Positions 63,600 to 64,000 of a DNA stretch of 64,000 nucleotides are shown one piece after another. The notes under the pieces are model-generated. The model had not been told where the DNA came from. It saw only the letters and a program-made list of their open reading frames with translations, and made no database searches. Each line of letters starts with the position of its first letter. Position 1 is the first letter of the stretch. This DNA is from Mytilus trossulus (Eukaryota). The stretch lies in the NCBI RefSeq assembly GCF_036588685.1, contig NC_086383.1, positions 23,250,001 to 23,314,000 of the forward strand. Reading direction: 5' to 3'. The position numbers were made by a program, and so were the translations under genes.

Positions 63600-63690
63600 A
63601 CCTTTTAAGCGCCGCATTTAGGCTATGTCATGGCGACCATTCTTTATTGGTGGAGAAAGCCGGAGTGCCCGGAGAAAACTTGACTTGTTG
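63600..63690 (-). repeat. SINE-like core fragment (inverse fragment at about 60630-60680)
   Basis: tttattggtggagaaagccggagtgcccggagaaaac versus ccggcttcctccaccaataaaaaccggccgc. Confidence 0.5.
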
Positions 63691-64000
63691 ATCAAGGTAT
63701 TAACAAAACTGTTGATGTTTACATCGTTTTGCTTTAAGTATAGATTCAAAAAGCAATTATACTAAAAGATTTCTTTTGTTTTTCTGTGCGGTTAATTTTG
63801 AACAAACCGACCAGTTCACAAATTTTAACAATTAGAGAGGACGGATACAAGGATACTTTATTGGATAATAATCTTTAATTTTAGAGATATATACTAGTCG
63901 TATGTTCATTTTGATAGAGTAGAACATATTTAATGGTACGAATTTAATGAGACAACAAAAACGCCTTGTAGGTTGCAGTTTGTAAATGCAGCTGTTTCTC

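Overview
AT-rich, intron-containing animal DNA. The repeat families and gene types point to a bivalve mollusc, probably a Mytilus mussel; this is inferred from recognising repeats, not from a search. The genes are: (1) a terminal exon at 18983-19558 (+) encoding an apparent R-S-E-type ADP-ribosyltransferase (toxin-like fold), with a candidate upstream exon at 10869-10953; (2) three tandem rhodopsin-class GPCR genes on the - strand, one intact (50057-51271), one with a single in-frame TGA (41663-42877) and one pseudogene (about 30663-31840); (3) seven exons (55004-63437, -) of an EGF-repeat + MAM-domain gene, missed by the ORF track and continuing beyond the right edge. A 355-bp tandem array at 21208-23256 carries a type I hammerhead ribozyme motif in every unit (a retrozyme array); only 2 of the 6 motifs keep a canonical core and GUC site. 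Mobile DNA includes a degenerate Academ transposon with its empty site in the same window, a non-autonomous element with CACTGTG ends and a 5-bp TSD (Transib/RAG-like), Penelope-like RT and 3' fragments, four TTAA/Kolobok-like MITEs, hAT-like and Tc1-like MITEs, a Helentron/HINE-like element, a tRNA-like element and long palindromes. Most short ORFs in the supplied track are spurious.
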